A DNA stretch of 64,000 nucleotides from NCBI GenBank assembly GCA_040954595.2, contig CM082580.2, positions 13,504,242-13,568,241 on the forward strand, read 5' to 3'. Below, one piece after another: positions 12,248 through 26,900 of the stretch; positions within the stretch are counted from its first letter, which is position 1, and every line of letters starts with the position of its first letter. The notes beneath the pieces were generated by a model, which worked only from the letters and a program-made list of their open reading frames with translations, had not been told where the DNA came from and searched no databases. Both the position numbers and the translations under genes were made by a program. The stretch comes from Balanoglossus misakiensis. Its lineage: Eukaryota > Animalia > Hemichordata.

Positions 12248-14940
12248 TTTATTTACATCAACAGATAAATGTCATCTAAAAATTGCTAAAGGTCTTTTCC
12301 ATGCCTGTTTGATGTAGTGGCCGCTCATATAACTTTTGTCTGAACAGCTTTGCAAAGTTCAATATATGCAAATTTTGAGTTGGTGACCTTTAACCTCTGG
12401 AAGACAGACTACTGCATTAAGCTTCTAATATAAAAGGTCATCTCATAAGGTGATGAAGACGAGGGGGGTGTGGCTCAGGCCCAGTATATCCATATAACAC
12501 TATAGATACAAATGTATAACCACTTATGAATTTCATCCTTGTGGTGGTATTTACTTTTCAAACAAATCTTTCACTTTTGACTTTTATGTCTTGTGTAACT
12601 GATAGCACCGTGATGAAAAGTTTTGATCAGAAAGTTTTCTAGTTTTTTGTTCATTTGACGGGTGCAGAAGTTACAGCAGAATGAAAGATGTCTGATGTGA
12701 GGAGAGATATCAAGCAGTTTTACATTCAGTGAGGAATATTCGAGTCTAAAAGATTAGTATAAAGCTGCTCCATTTCCACATGAGCTTTACTAAACATCAG
12801 AAAGCGAGTGAATCAGGACAAAGAAAAAAAATGAGATTATAAAACCATTACCGGTCTGATTTTACAAATAAATTATACAAATCTTCCAACACCACTTTTT
12901 GGAAGATAAACAACACAAAATAAAAGTGACCCATCTGCTGCCATGGCAACACATGACAGGCAAAATTAAATGCTCACATTGAAGAAGTAGCATTATATGC
13001 TTTTTCACCTTTAATCTTTATACAATATACAATAAAAACTAATAATCTCTACAGTAATGCTACACCAAATTCTTCTGTAAACTGTACACAGAGGTGAAAG
13101 CTATAGACTCTTTTTGAAATAAAAATAATTATTAAACATAACGTGGGCTAACCTTTCTCTCCTGCCCAGGAGATACATTACGCTGCCTGGAATTAGGGCA
13201 TGTCATGTAATATCATAATTATCATATCATATCACTGAATTAAAAATATCTGAAGCTCATGGCATTTTTGGACAACAAAATCTTGGCTTTTTCCACATCA
13301 TGTCATATCACATCACATCACAGGCAAAAATACATTCTTGAAAAAATAAACCTCTTTGCAAATAACATTATTGCTATTATTTTTCTAAATAATAAATAAT
13401 CTTGATTTTGGAAATTGTTTTAAAAAGAAGAAGCCATTCTCTGATTGTTGGGTCCCTCTCTCTTTCTTTCTTATTTAATAATGAAAAGTTGCACAAGGTT
13501 CCCCAACCAGAACACCATACTATATTATTAGCTGTATCTGTTTCTATATTCTTTTGCCTCTATATGTTTAAAGCATTTACTGTTCAAAAAACCTTATAAA
13601 GTCTCTGTATATACATTTCACTGTACAGTAGGGTTAATTCTCACCCCTCCCCCAATACTCCCAACCCCTCCTCATTCAAGACCCCTCATTTACAACTAAA
13701 TTCTAACACCATCTCTGAATAACAAATCCAAGCAGTGGATTGGAAATTATTTTGTGCGATTTACGTCTCCCAAGAACTTGTCGGACCCACAACCAAAAAT
13801 AGTGTAACTATAAGAGTCACACTTTTTACACCACTTCTTCCAATTTCCAAGAAATAAAATATGCCATTAATTTTACAAAGAGTCTGTCGTTATCAGGGAT
13901 TCAGTTTATAAGTACTGTGTACCATACAACAATTCCCTACATGTACGTTACTTAAATAATGGCACCCCTTTTAATGAATTTAGACATAAATGACCCCCAC
14001 TGCCTGTTAAAAATTTATAATAAACATCACATTTGGCACAAATAACTATGACAACAACACTGGCAGTATCTGTAAACAAGAAACCTGGGTAATGAAGATA
14101 ATTCACCACAATGCATATTTGATCTGACCCTGTTTTGTTTTGAAACAAAAAAAAGACGAAATTTACTGGTGAAATGAAATGCACTTCAGTATAAGACACT
14201 CAGGTTCAAACCTTACTCCCATTGGCTGAAAAAATAGTCATGATTGGTCTACATTAACGTGCCACCAGGGAACAGAACGATACGCAAAAACTGTTACCAC
14301 GAGAAGTCAAAACACCAAACTTTCACATAAAAGTTGAACCATGATTATGGACTGCAGGATGCAAAATGTAAATATTGATAAGAGCTTCTAGCCGACTACT
14401 AGTCGACACATTTGATCTATTTGCTTTGTTTTGCACAAATAACCTTACAGTAAAATTTTATCATAACTTGTGCCAAGTTCACCCTACCAGTAATAATAAC
14501 ACTATGCCTTTGTACTGTTAAAATCACTATCACCAGGCCATGTTTTCAGACCCCTCATCCACCCATCTTACTCATGGAACAGTCCCACTGAGAATAAAAA
14601 CGGGATCGAACCATACTGAGATAGGAGTGGAAAGCTGCCTACAGAAGTGCAGATACTACAAAATACTGGCCATACAAATACTGTTCCATAAAACAACAGA
14701 TGAAAATCACATTGGGAGTCAAAAACTGATCAAAAAGGCACGACATTGTCATCTATACATTGAGAACTTTTATAAAGGTAAAATTTTCTTTATCCGAGAC
14801 ATGGTGAACAACGTTCAGTACTTTATATATTCTGGCAAATAAAAATGCGGGCAAATAAAATAGCTTCAGATCTGTACGGGCCCCCTAAGGCAGCCCTGGC
14901 AGTACCAAGGACCCTCCAAGTGACCCTGTTTGTACCCGGG
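12248..14940 (-). other. RECK: Probable long AU-rich RECK 3' UTR
   Basis: Non-coding AT-rich stretch after the stop codon, with a minus-strand AATAAA at 12248-12253. The true end point is uncertain. Confidence 0.4.
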
Positions 14941-17900
14941 CTACCTTTTCCAGAACAGAACAAAGAAGATGTGAAGCACAGAAATTTGTAAAATTGAAAT
15001 AACTTTTGAAAATTGAAGAGACGGCGAGCTGCTCACAATGGTGACTTCTGACGTCGTCGCAAAAGCAGCTGTCAAACTTGCTAGGTGGACGAAGGAAGAC
15101 TCGACTGGACTCCCCGAGTTGATGAGGGATGCTAATTTAAATGTTTCTTTGTTACATACATCAACCTGGATCAGAGAAAACGAACAAACAGAGTGAGATG
15201 TGCTTGTCGGAGTTACTTTTTTCAATGATGTAGTCAGACTTCACACAGAGGGAAATGAGGATGAAAGTTCAAAAACCCATAGCTAGTCAATGGTAAATTT
15301 AACAGATATATTTATCATCATGACTGAGTGAAAAACAAAAACAAATTTTTACCTGTAAATCGGTGGGATTTTGTACAATGGGCACTACCAATGCCACTAT
15401 GTCTCCTTCTATACTAAGATAACCGTACAAATCACACTCGGCCTGTAGAAAAGTGGGGAAAATTACAACACATCAGGGAATACAATTAAGTCATAAATTG
15501 ATACATTTCCTGAAACTAGTAATTAACATAAGATGGAAACACATAACAGCAGGTGAGGGGATGTAATGTAATTATCAGTCGTTAGCACTTATTTTTCAGA
15601 TGTAATTAACAAAGTGTTTCAGACATGATTAATGGTGTATGATTTATTTCCCTTTTCCTGGCTGGGTCACAGTGTCAACAAAAAGCAACCCTATGGGAAT
15701 ATTACAAGATGCACTTTCATTTTGAAATTTCCCAAAGAAATTCCAACTAACATCCAAGAAACATATGAGATGCCGTTACCAAGATCTGGAGAGAAAAAAA
15801 TTCAACCTACCACAGAAACGTGTCTTCTAAGTTCTGTAATGACATCAAAGACAGTGACCGGTGCTTCTAAAATATCTGCCACGTCATCGGTTACTTTAGT
15901 ACTATACAGAATATGCAGTTGGCCAGCTGTGAAACGAACAACAAAAATAGGATCAGTCAAAGTTCTATTTAAGGTACATTTTCAGCCAAAGCGTTTCGCA
16001 AGAAATCAGACCTTATTTCTCACCCTTCATTATGATATTCTATACATTGGCCTAGCTGGTGTGGCCAATTATCTCATTCTTTGGCAAACCCTTCTCAAAG
16101 GCACAAAATGTGTCCATCTTACTCAAACGAAAAAAAATGTATCTACAACAAGAAACTCGTTGACAAAAGCTGAATACTCACCACACACAGGGCAGCAGGC
16201 ACCAGGTGGCGTTATTCCAACACAATTTGGAATATCCCATTCAGGACATGTCACGGTTGCACACCGTACATCTAATTCTTCTTCTGAAAGACAAAACGAG
16301 GCCAAAACACATACTGAGTCCAACAGGAATTACAATTGTGGCTCTATGCTCTCTTTCTGTGACAAAACACTATCACACATGAGTTTAGTTGAGAATTTAG
16401 ACAAAACCAGGCAAGGGGTAATACCATTTTAGAACAGAGAGGACTTAATACCTGAAAATTTTCCCACAGCTTGACAGTGGCCAATATAATCAATGGTCGC
16501 TCTGTCGCTCCATGCTGCACATTTACTGCTGTATGTCTCACCATTTTGACCACATACTGCTACAGATAACTCTTCATGACATGCCCTCTGATTATCAAAA
16601 AAAAGTCAAGTTAAATTCAATCTTGTGATTTTGTTCCATTCAAAAATTCTGGGGAAAAACTTCTATTTGTTTTTATATAGAACTTGACCAATGACTTAAA
16701 AGAACAATCACATCAACTCACCTGGCATCTTCCATAATATGCTAATTTTTTCCCTCTTCGGAACATTGTGCATAAATTAGCATGTTCCCTTTGCTCAGTG
16801 TCGCATACAGGCTCGTGCAATTCCCCAGCGCAGCTCATAGCACTAGTAACTGCAGTGAGAAATTTTCTTCATTTAAAATATGATTCCTTAAAATGTCCTA
16901 AAATGTTACATATGGAACTCTGGGCCACCGTAAATAGTGGAATAAAAATGTGGACTGTAGGGGCGCTACACAACTAAATTTCACACCATGAAAAATTCAA
17001 TGTTGACTGTGAGGGCGTTAAACAGAACTAAACTTCACGCAAATTTCGATTCATATCAAAAGTCCAAACTTTCAGAAGAAGACAATATGACAAGTCATTT
17101 CACTCTTTTTCATGCTTTGTTCAACTTTTCAAACGGTACTGTTTGTTAAATTTGACAATATATTTGGATCCACTTCACTTACCACAAACGTATTGTGGAC
17201 ACGGCCTCGTACCCAGACACACTTTTCTGTGAGGAATACAGACTTGGTCGAGAACACATGGATTGGGTTCACAAGGATTCTTAGATGTACAAGAACCAAT
17301 CTCAAACTGGTCATGCTCTAGGCCATTACATCTGTGGGAATAGAGTAGAAATAAAGGGTTTTATGACAAGGTTCATACTACCTTATTTATCTACAAGACA
17401 ACACAATACAACAATGAAGATACGTGAGGATCCTGAGAAAAAGAGATTGACTTACGTGGCTATGTGGGCGTTTGGGTACGTTCTGCCATTGGTGGCGCAC
17501 ACAGGAACAAACTCGTCAGTGCTGTCACACGGCAGTCCTGTGTAGCGACGCTTCTCTGCCAATGTGTTCTCCTCCGACAGACATTGTCGCAATGAACAGG
17601 TTAGCTCTCCCGCATAGCAAGAGCAAATGTTGCAGTCAACATGGAAGTGAGTGTTGTGGTCTGGAGGAGAAGTTTTAGTGGTGGGAGAAAGAGGTTTTAC
17701 TATTAAATTTCAAATGAAAACAATCTCTGTAAAACTCAGAAGTAATGACTCCAGCTTAATGAACATTTGTGTGGATAAAGTATAGAGAGCTCCAATTGTT
17801 AGTTAGCTTCCATACTGAACCTGACAGGCTCAACTGAATTTCAAAAATCTCTTATTCTTTACTGGTGTAAGTTGAATCCTGATACAAGTACAACAGAATA

Positions 17901-20900
17901 ACCCACACCACCATGACCATCAACTTCACTAAAAAGAATTTATACTTGTAAATATTCATGCATACTGTTCAGATGCACACAGAGACACACAAACATGTAC
18001 CTTTGATCTGACCACTTTCTTTGCACTTCAAAGGATCAATACACAAAGTAGAGTCACAATCTTCCAGCATATTACTGGATCCACATCTGCACACTCTGTA
18101 ACAGTGAGGTTCGTTGGAATCCATATCCGGAACTCGAACGTAACTTCCATGGGGCACCAAGAATTTAGATTTTGCTCCGAGCTTACAACCTGTTGTAAAT
18201 ATACATGTCAATTAAGACTCGACTGGTCAAAGCCCCCAAAAACAACAAAATCTATACTGTTCAGGTTGCTTTCCCAGAAATACGACTTATTATCTATTAT
18301 GTATGTTATTTTTTAATGTTCAGACCAAACCAAAATCCACTTTCACTGAAAATCTTTCCTTTTTGATCCTCACCTTGCATACAGGAATGATCATAACACA
18401 CATCGTTGTAGTCACATGTGTGTCTGTTGATCTTGCAAAGCTCAAGAATTCTGGCCGTCTCATTGCTGCATGGGTTGGAGTGGCATGGAACGTTGATTTC
18501 ATGCATTCTTGAACTGCGAGAGCTGGGCGCTGAAAAACGAGAGGAAGGAAACATAGCTAAATAATAAAAAAAAGACTGAGTCTCTAACAACTGTCCACGG
18601 CAAGATCAATGAATCGATATGATAAAACTTCATGACAAATATGGGAATTTTTTTTATCAATGTGACAGAAAGTAACTAAATGCTGATAACTCACTGAGAT
18701 AGCTCTGAAGTGAAAGACACGGGGCGCTGTCATCATTTGGTGAAACTCGACCGCAATAGTACTCCACTGTCTCATGTGGTGCCAGTCTAGATTTGTCCAA
18801 ACACTTGCTCAAGATTGTTATGCAGTCAGATCTGTGCATCAGAAATAAACAAGACACTAGTGAGGGATGGAAATTCATGGCTTGAAATAAAGACAGTTTG
18901 GTCTCACATTAGATGGTAAAACAAAAGAGCATTCCAAAGTTGACCACTAGAGTGCACTGTCACCTACTTGCATATTAGGTTGGAGTGTGATTTTGTGTGG
19001 CAGGGTTTGATCTGGAGAGTGCAGGCAATTGACTTCCATAGGTCAGGTTCACATTCCCGGATATCTAAGACCGGGATTTTCAGAAGCGGCAGCACTATCA
19101 ACCCAGCCTCCCAAAGGTTCATGTCGGCTTTCGCTCCTTCGTCAGATCTTGCGGAACAACTACGGAAATATTCTGTTGGCCTGAAACAATAAAATAAGCG
19201 ACCAAAAATTAAATTCTCGATGGCGAAAGACAAAACCAAAATAAATGCAATCCTCAAGCATTATTTTCCAGGATCAGTGCATCTCAATACAAGGGATTAT
19301 GTTGAGAAATACATTTACTAATTCATCCTCAAAAGTCCACTTTTGAAAAGTTTCCCTTCATGTAACTGACCAAACTTGAATGCTGCCATAGCAACAACTT
19401 TCTCCCTCCTGAAATTAGCTGAACGGCTTGTGAGACTTACCTGCCATTGAAGTTACTGCAGTAGTCCAATCCTGAACAACCAAGCTGACAAGGGTTTTGC
19501 ACTAGAAGATAAAAAGGGAGAGGGGGTGCTTTCTTAGATGCACTGAGGGACTGTCCTGAGATTAAACCAAGACACAACAAATATTCATTCTAAAAAAACA
19601 ACTTTCAGTATACTCACCATCTGCTATGCATTTTGTCAGTTCGGCTTCACTAGGTTGGTATGTGCAGTGGGTGTCAAATTCTGCCCAGCTTGCCCAGTTT
19701 GTTGTGAATAACTAAAATAAACAAATACAAATTTCCATAAGTAAACAAAAAAAGTCATGTTAAAGTTGCCAAGGGTTACAATTTTGCAAGAGTTTACAGA
19801 ATTGAAAATGATCTTTGGATATTTTCAATTTGATCGGCTCAGGTGATTGTTCACCAGGTGCAGCGACAATAACATGCAAATGAGATAGGGTCAGAGTCAA
19901 CAGTACCTTTATGCAGAGATCCCTGCACCCTGGACTGTCAGCTTTGGAACAACATTGGAGACTAGCGCCATCTAGGCCCTGGTTGCCAAGGACATCATCA
20001 TTCATCTGAGTGTCACCTACAAAAGAAATGATATGGGACCAGGTCAGATCAAGTTAAATGTTGGTTGCCAGTCAAAAACAAATATTAGACTGGCTCAGAC
20101 GACCCGAAAAGGCAATTGAAAATCTCCTTCTGTTATCTCCCGAAGTCAACATTCAGACTTGTGCTACAAAAGCCGCTATCTAAATCAGAATTCCATGTGT
20201 CTTTGGTGACCACACACCCTCTCATAAAAGCACAATATTTCACATTGTGTACTGATATAATGTCATTGGCTAATCAAGCCTGTCAGTAAGGTCAAGGTTC
20301 ATGCCCTGAAATGTCAAGGGTAATTGCCATTAGCCTGACAGGGTTGGGAAATTTTAGTGTTTGATGGATGATCTGCAATGTACAAATTGGTGGAGGTCTG
20401 GTACACAAAACAGAATGACAGTGGAGGGCAATTGAGGCCAAGGTTTTGAAATCTAGACGTCTTTATCACAATGACTTTGTAAATGGGCCTTTGGACTTTC
20501 TCAATGGATCCCCTGATAAATCTTGAATTTTCCCATCAAGATGTACTTCACACTATGTGTAATTACACCCAGCTAAGAGTTGAATGTTGAGGATGAGATG
20601 TCAGCAGTTTGGTATAAATCTTTGACATACGGTTGGACCCATATTGAGGACAAGATTGAACAGACTGAATTTGAATATCCATGTAATCAATAAGATGAAA
20701 AACATCAGTGGTCTTAGACAGCAAGAAAATGTTTTATGTCGTGTCCTAAACTAATGAGGACATTATACACACCAAACATTTCATGTCACACATATGTCAG
20801 AAATATAATACTGAACTCTGGTGGACAAGCAGTAGATTGGAATCGAGACTGACAGATGAATTACCCATTTGTCAATCACAGTCACACAACCTCCCGCATA

Positions 20901-23900
20901 GTCAGAGACACAATCCAAACAAAATGGCTGATATCAGTCGACAGAACTGGAAAACCTCCATCAGTACGCCCTTCAAAATACGTCTGAACTTTCAACCTCA
21001 GTCTTGTGTTGTTCGATCGCACAATGGCTGCATGATCATGCGTTCTGGAAACAGAAAACGATCCTTTTCTGCTCTACACATTAAATGGTCATCAAAGCTG
21101 CATTTGCAGTTGTGTACACAAATTTTCCACAGTGATTTTTGTAGTCTTTTGCTACCTTCTTTAAAATTCGTGATAATTTTACTAACAGGCCATTTTGAGG
21201 ACATTAGCAAAAGTGGGTGAGGGGGGGGGGGGGGGGGGGGTTCGGTTCGGCCATCAGTATGCAGACATGTCCCAAGGTGTCAAGGCTACATCAGAAATCA
21301 GTGATTACGGATGTGTTGGCTCCATCTGAGGACATCAGAAAGTACATCCCCCTTCAGACGTGTCTGTGAATGTCTCAGGCTAATTAGAATGGATGCATCG
21401 TTCACAACCAGAGATGAACAGACGCCAAGTCATTTTCTATGCAAAGTAAAACTTTAAGTAGCTGTTGAGTCTGTGCACATAACACATCATCAAGAGTTAC
21501 ATTCATCTGCTTTACATTCATGTATGTAAATTCACCCATATGACTCCATAGAAATGAGAAGAAAAAAAGTTTTCCCTTAAAGCTGTATTTTCAAATGCTA
21601 GAGATGCCTATACAGTACTTAAAAACTTTTGGTTTACTTTCCTTTCCGTGTAGAAATGTAGTAAAATGATTCTTATCAATGATGATAGATTAAAACCCCC
21701 ACAGATTTGACAGAGGCCAGGTTCATCTTGAGCATATATGTACATTTAAACTCTGAGCTACCACTCCTGAAATGAATATGACTAAATGATTCTTACTGGA
21801 TTTTCTTATTTGACAAATTGTTTTGTTTTGCTTTGATTTGTTTTGAGATGGTTTGTTACCTGAGTTTAATATGAAACACTGCCACAGAGGATATTGAGGA
21901 AGAGGGTCGCCACACTCGTCAATCAAAGCGTTGATGATGTCAGAATCCTTGCGTAGCGTTTGCAGAGCATGACGGCACGTCTCTTTACATCTGTCATCAT
22001 TAGCTCGTTCGCAACAGTAAAGATCTAGAAGCAGAGAGAAGCAAGGGAGTAAAAAAAAGACAATTAACATGAATAATTGATTGCTCTTTCGGTTTGCATC
22101 GATTTTGTCTGCATTTCAAGGTGATAAGAATTCACTTGACTTGTACTGCATAATGTATTTCACAGATGCGCACATGCATGTGTGCGTGTGTGCATGCATG
22201 TGTAGATAGATGCAATATCAAAGTTGTATAATCAGTATATTGCACACCCATACAGCATACACCCATTTCACAAATACGGAAAATGACACAGATTGCACTG
22301 CAAGAGAGGCTCTTCTAAAGTTTATGGCGTTGTTTCAGGTCAAAACATGGATGATCTTCTCCTCGAGAGCACTTGCAGGCAGCAGCAGCCTCTCTTACAT
22401 GACTAACATCCACACACAGGCAGCACGATATCTGCAACACCACATCACACATGCAGCATATGGCCGCTAGAATTCATCCTCTGCAACTTTGTAACCACGG
22501 CAACAAAAACCTCATTTCTACGGTTACTACCTATGCTCCATAAATATCTCCATAATCCCCACAACTCTTCTTTCCTTCAAACTCAAGTGTTTGTGAAAAC
22601 AGAACAGCTGGTGTGGAGTATAGGGCTGATTTCCATACAAGTATTTTTCACAGACTCAATTGGTGCAAACAATCCCAGGAAACAAAGCACATGCACTATT
22701 CCAGTGGTTATGAACCAAAACTTAGCGCAAAATTAGCCTCATCATCTGCACAAGCACATACTGAGAGTGGACGCCACAGCTGGTCGTCATACTCACTGTC
22801 CTTTGGATCCTTCACAGGGAGAGATGCTATGTACTCATTCACACACTCCGCAACTTCTGGTCGCCTTGCCGCTTTGCAGTAGTTGTCGATGGTGATCTGG
22901 TCTTCGCTGCTTGGGTAGTCCATCTCAAAAATGTTCTGACATTTACTGCGACACATCGATCCTGCGGCTGCTTGTCCGCAGCAGCGTTGTTGCCCTGGAA
23001 ACAGAAAGTCCACAAAACAGGTTAACTATGTTTTTTTAAACTAAAACTGCATTCTCACAACAATGATACTTTTGGTCTTGCTTCTTTTTTCATACAAGAA
23101 TTTAATATGAAAAGATACTTACAATCATATTTTTCTATGCAGCTGTAAAGTGGATACTGAAAGAAAATGAGTGAAAATTTAATCAGTAAAAGTTCTATTA
23201 TGATTGAGGCAGAGAGTTAGTATACTAAGTATTCTGAACTAGTGGGGGCGTGATACAAGGTAATAAATCATATCGTTAATTGGGGGCGCTGTATAGGCGC
23301 TCCATTAGAAACTTCCATAGAGCTTCTACCGCAGAAAAAAATCTACAAGTATTTTTCTTAAATCTTTTGAAATCAACTATAATGCAATTGTGATATTCTT
23401 GTTGTGACAATGGCAGAAAAACTGACCTCAATTCCACTACTGGAACAAGAGTCTGGCAAGTCTGAAGTTGAATGTGCCTGGAAAGAGAGAAAATAAAATT
23501 GATATAGATTGGCCGGGGTGTGAAATTTGATCGTCAACATTCATTGAGCTGATTAAGTTGCATTTATTTGACAACCAGGTTGAGACATGAGAGGTTAACA
23601 CACAGTTGGGTACAACAGACGAGAAAGACGCTTCCACAGCGGGTACTGTTTGCCTTGATGTGATTTCAAATTTGCCGGATCACAGATCATTCCAGGATTC
23701 TTTGCCAAGTGTTGGGAATGGAAAAAAAACCTGGCTCATCGCAGTCCAGATTCATTGTGGAGAATTCGGCCACACTGCACTTCTGAAAGACTCACTGGAG
23801 CCACTTTACTCTAATTACCGGGACAAACATGACAGGCTTGTTTTAATCAACTTCAAACAATGCGGCATGGGGGGAAAGTCACCGCGTGATTCGAGACACA

Positions 23901-26900
23901 TTCCGCAGTTCTTAATGAGGCCACGTCGACGTGTCAGTCTGCCATGTAACCGATGGAAATTAGTTTGCTAAATGTGGCTTGCGACAGTGTATCCAGTTGA
24001 AGGAACACGACACTGCATTCTAAACGGCCCCGTGCAAAAAGTCAAATGAACAACTGGTCTACGCCATTCTCCATGTTAATTTTTCAATACTTGTAGTGGC
24101 GACCCTAATTTCTGACAGAAATTGAATTCCTACGACCTCTACCTACTATCAGATTACCAGGCATAGGAATCCGAAGCCACAGTGTATAGAATTTCATAAT
24201 TGGTTTTAATTCAGAAAACTTGATGAACGATAACGATTTGATGGTATTCCAGGACGGGTTTGCTCAACACACGCCGAGGCAGTCTCAGCCTGTGAATAGA
24301 CACCCTCAATAGAACACTAATTCTCTGCCAAAATGAACATCAAAAATGTCAAATTTTGGCATTTAAAAAGAAATTCCCATTTAGATTAGCACAGTCAGAC
24401 GAACATCACAAATGTTGTGCAATTTATAATGCCGCTTTCTTAATATTTTCACGTGATTTTTTGGAGTAAAGTAGAAAAGAAGACATTATTCACAAGTGGT
24501 TGTTGAGATAGAGAAATCTTTTGACACTGAAACGTGTGTCCTACTTATCGAAGAACAAACTGGACCAGAGGAAAATAATGCTTTTTTCCCCCTAAAGACA
24601 CCACTGAACCAGCAACACTAAAAAGGTCAGATAGAGAGAGTATTTGATTCATCCCTTACACTAACAGAATTTGCAGATTGAACTATGAAAAAAAGAATTG
24701 TGAAAATGGAAGGTTGTTTGATTGTTATCATTGGAGAAGTGCATGATGGACTTCTCTGGGGCAAATACATCTCGCTCACAACTGAAAGCATTGGCGGACA
24801 TGTCTCTTTGAACACTGTTTTCCTGAACGCTAATTTTCCCACAGGAAATCGATGGACTCGCGCATACGTAAGTGTTGAACTGAAAACGTTCAGTTCATGA
24901 GTGCATTATGTGCCTAGCCATTCTTCAAAGTCCAAAAAAGCTGTTGTAATTAAGAGCAAAAGCACACATACAGTGAAGACTGGATAATGAAGAAAATTTG
25001 CAGCTTAAAAGCATTATATCGAATAGATCCTATGAATCTTCATCAGTCACAGTGCAAGGTACACCATTCAATCCATCAGCTTGAGACATTAGTTTTTTGC
25101 CCATAATTACATATTTCACATTTCTGGAAAATTCCAATTAAAACCGACTTTGGTTTGGGATGAAAATAACTGCTTGTCAGCGACAGACCCAACGTGCCAT
25201 AATGTTGTCATCATCGAGGGAACACTTTCTGAGGCTAGAGCAAATAAACACAGACTAGGCAAAGCAGAGAGCCATCATTACGATATCAATTAAGAATTGG
25301 AGAAAATGTTCCATGTACAGAGGTCGGCTCACTTAGCAGGTCAGACAGCGACCTGAACCTTTATTTCATCTCTCCCCAAAGCTTTAGTCATTTGCTGGAT
25401 GTCTTCTAGTTCAAATAAAGTGTCAAGTCACATTAAAATCAAGCATCACTCCGCGCAGCCCAGCTACTAAACATGAAATTCAATCAAAATACACTAAGAA
25501 ACTGGTCCATGGGATCACATTGACTGTTGGAAACCTGTCAGACTTTTAGAAAAATATGCCTTCCATTCCACAGTAGTACAGGAATCCCTGCTTCACTGTG
25601 TGTTTTAGTACAACTTGCCGCGTAAAAGTAAAAGACAGAGACATACAGACTTTCACACCCGTGAAATTTTGCAATCTCAAAATGAATGCCTTGTCTCATA
25701 TCAGCTTTAGTCTAGAATCTAGACTCGCAAAGTGAGCAAAGCAAAAAAAAAAAACAAGTCAGGATTCTAGCTTGATTGCAACATGAAAGTGGAATCACTC
25801 GCTTTTGAGTTTGCCAGAGAATTTCATCAGAAATCTAAGAGTTGTTACAACCAGACGTGTACTTCTGCTGAAGTACTTTTCTGACTTTTAATTTCTCTCT
25901 GCTCTGTTAGTCTGACTGATTCAAAAGCAAGACGCCTTTTCTCACTGTATCTAATTTTCTGAACTCCTCATGAAACAAATCACGGCACAACACGTTTTTC
26001 TAGTGATAGCCACTCCTTGGTGGTGACAATTCTTCCAAGATACAGAGCTTTTTTCAAATTACCACTTCTCCTCCTGCATACTATTAAGTGAAGTACTTCC
26101 CCGTTTTACAATTTGCCACTTTTTTTGCCCTCCACTGAAAATCTGAATTAAACCAGATAAAAGATATCTCAAGTTCTCTCTGCTCAGTGGTTCAGTCAAA
26201 ATCCAAACTGTGCTGCCAAATTAAGAACTTACAATTTTATCTGAAATACACCCACGTCTCAAGAAAATACTTGACAGAAGTGAACATACATATAATTGTA
26301 CATTTATTTCAGATTGCTAAGCAACGGTTACTGAGGTTTTCAAAGTTGATGAAAATACAAAGTTATTTGTCGATTTCCTCCGAAAGAGAAAGCAATCCAA
26401 AGACCACACAAGTTGAACACACACAGTTTTTGAAGTCGTCGGCTGATGACATCAAAACTAGCAGAGTACTGGGTGCTGTGGACAGTTGTCTTATTTTTGT
26501 AACTTTTTTTAATTTCAGGGAATTAGCGTATGTTTGAAAAAGAAGCAATGATTTAAAATCAATCTCTGATTATTTGCATATCTGTCAAATGCAGGCGTTG
26601 AAACCATCAGTACGGCCTTAAAAGCTAGTTCAAAGTACTTCTCACTTTTGACCAACTCTAAAACTGTCAAAATATGAGAAACTGGAACATAACCAAACAC
26701 TAATCACTAGCAACAAAACAATTTCACTCAGATTTGTGTTCATTGGATGCTCTTAATCAAAGCATTCTTTACCTAATAATATCCTGTTTCAATAAAGAGT
26801 GCTTAAAAAGAAACGTTCAACTTTAGAGAATTTGATTTAGCTTTTACTGGATTGAGCTCATCAATCATTTGTAACATTCATGTCAAGTGTGGTTTCTACG

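Noticed and set aside
12605-12665. gcacc-gtgatga...ttgacg-ggtgc resembling a C/D snoRNA or a SECIS element
   Set aside because: There is no terminal CUGA D box, the SECIS helix II does not pair, and no host intron or selenoprotein lies on that strand.
15632-16432. 266-aa plus-strand ORF, the longest in the track
   Set aside because: It is antisense to two RECK exons and their introns, has no recognisable domain, and is most likely a shadow ORF.
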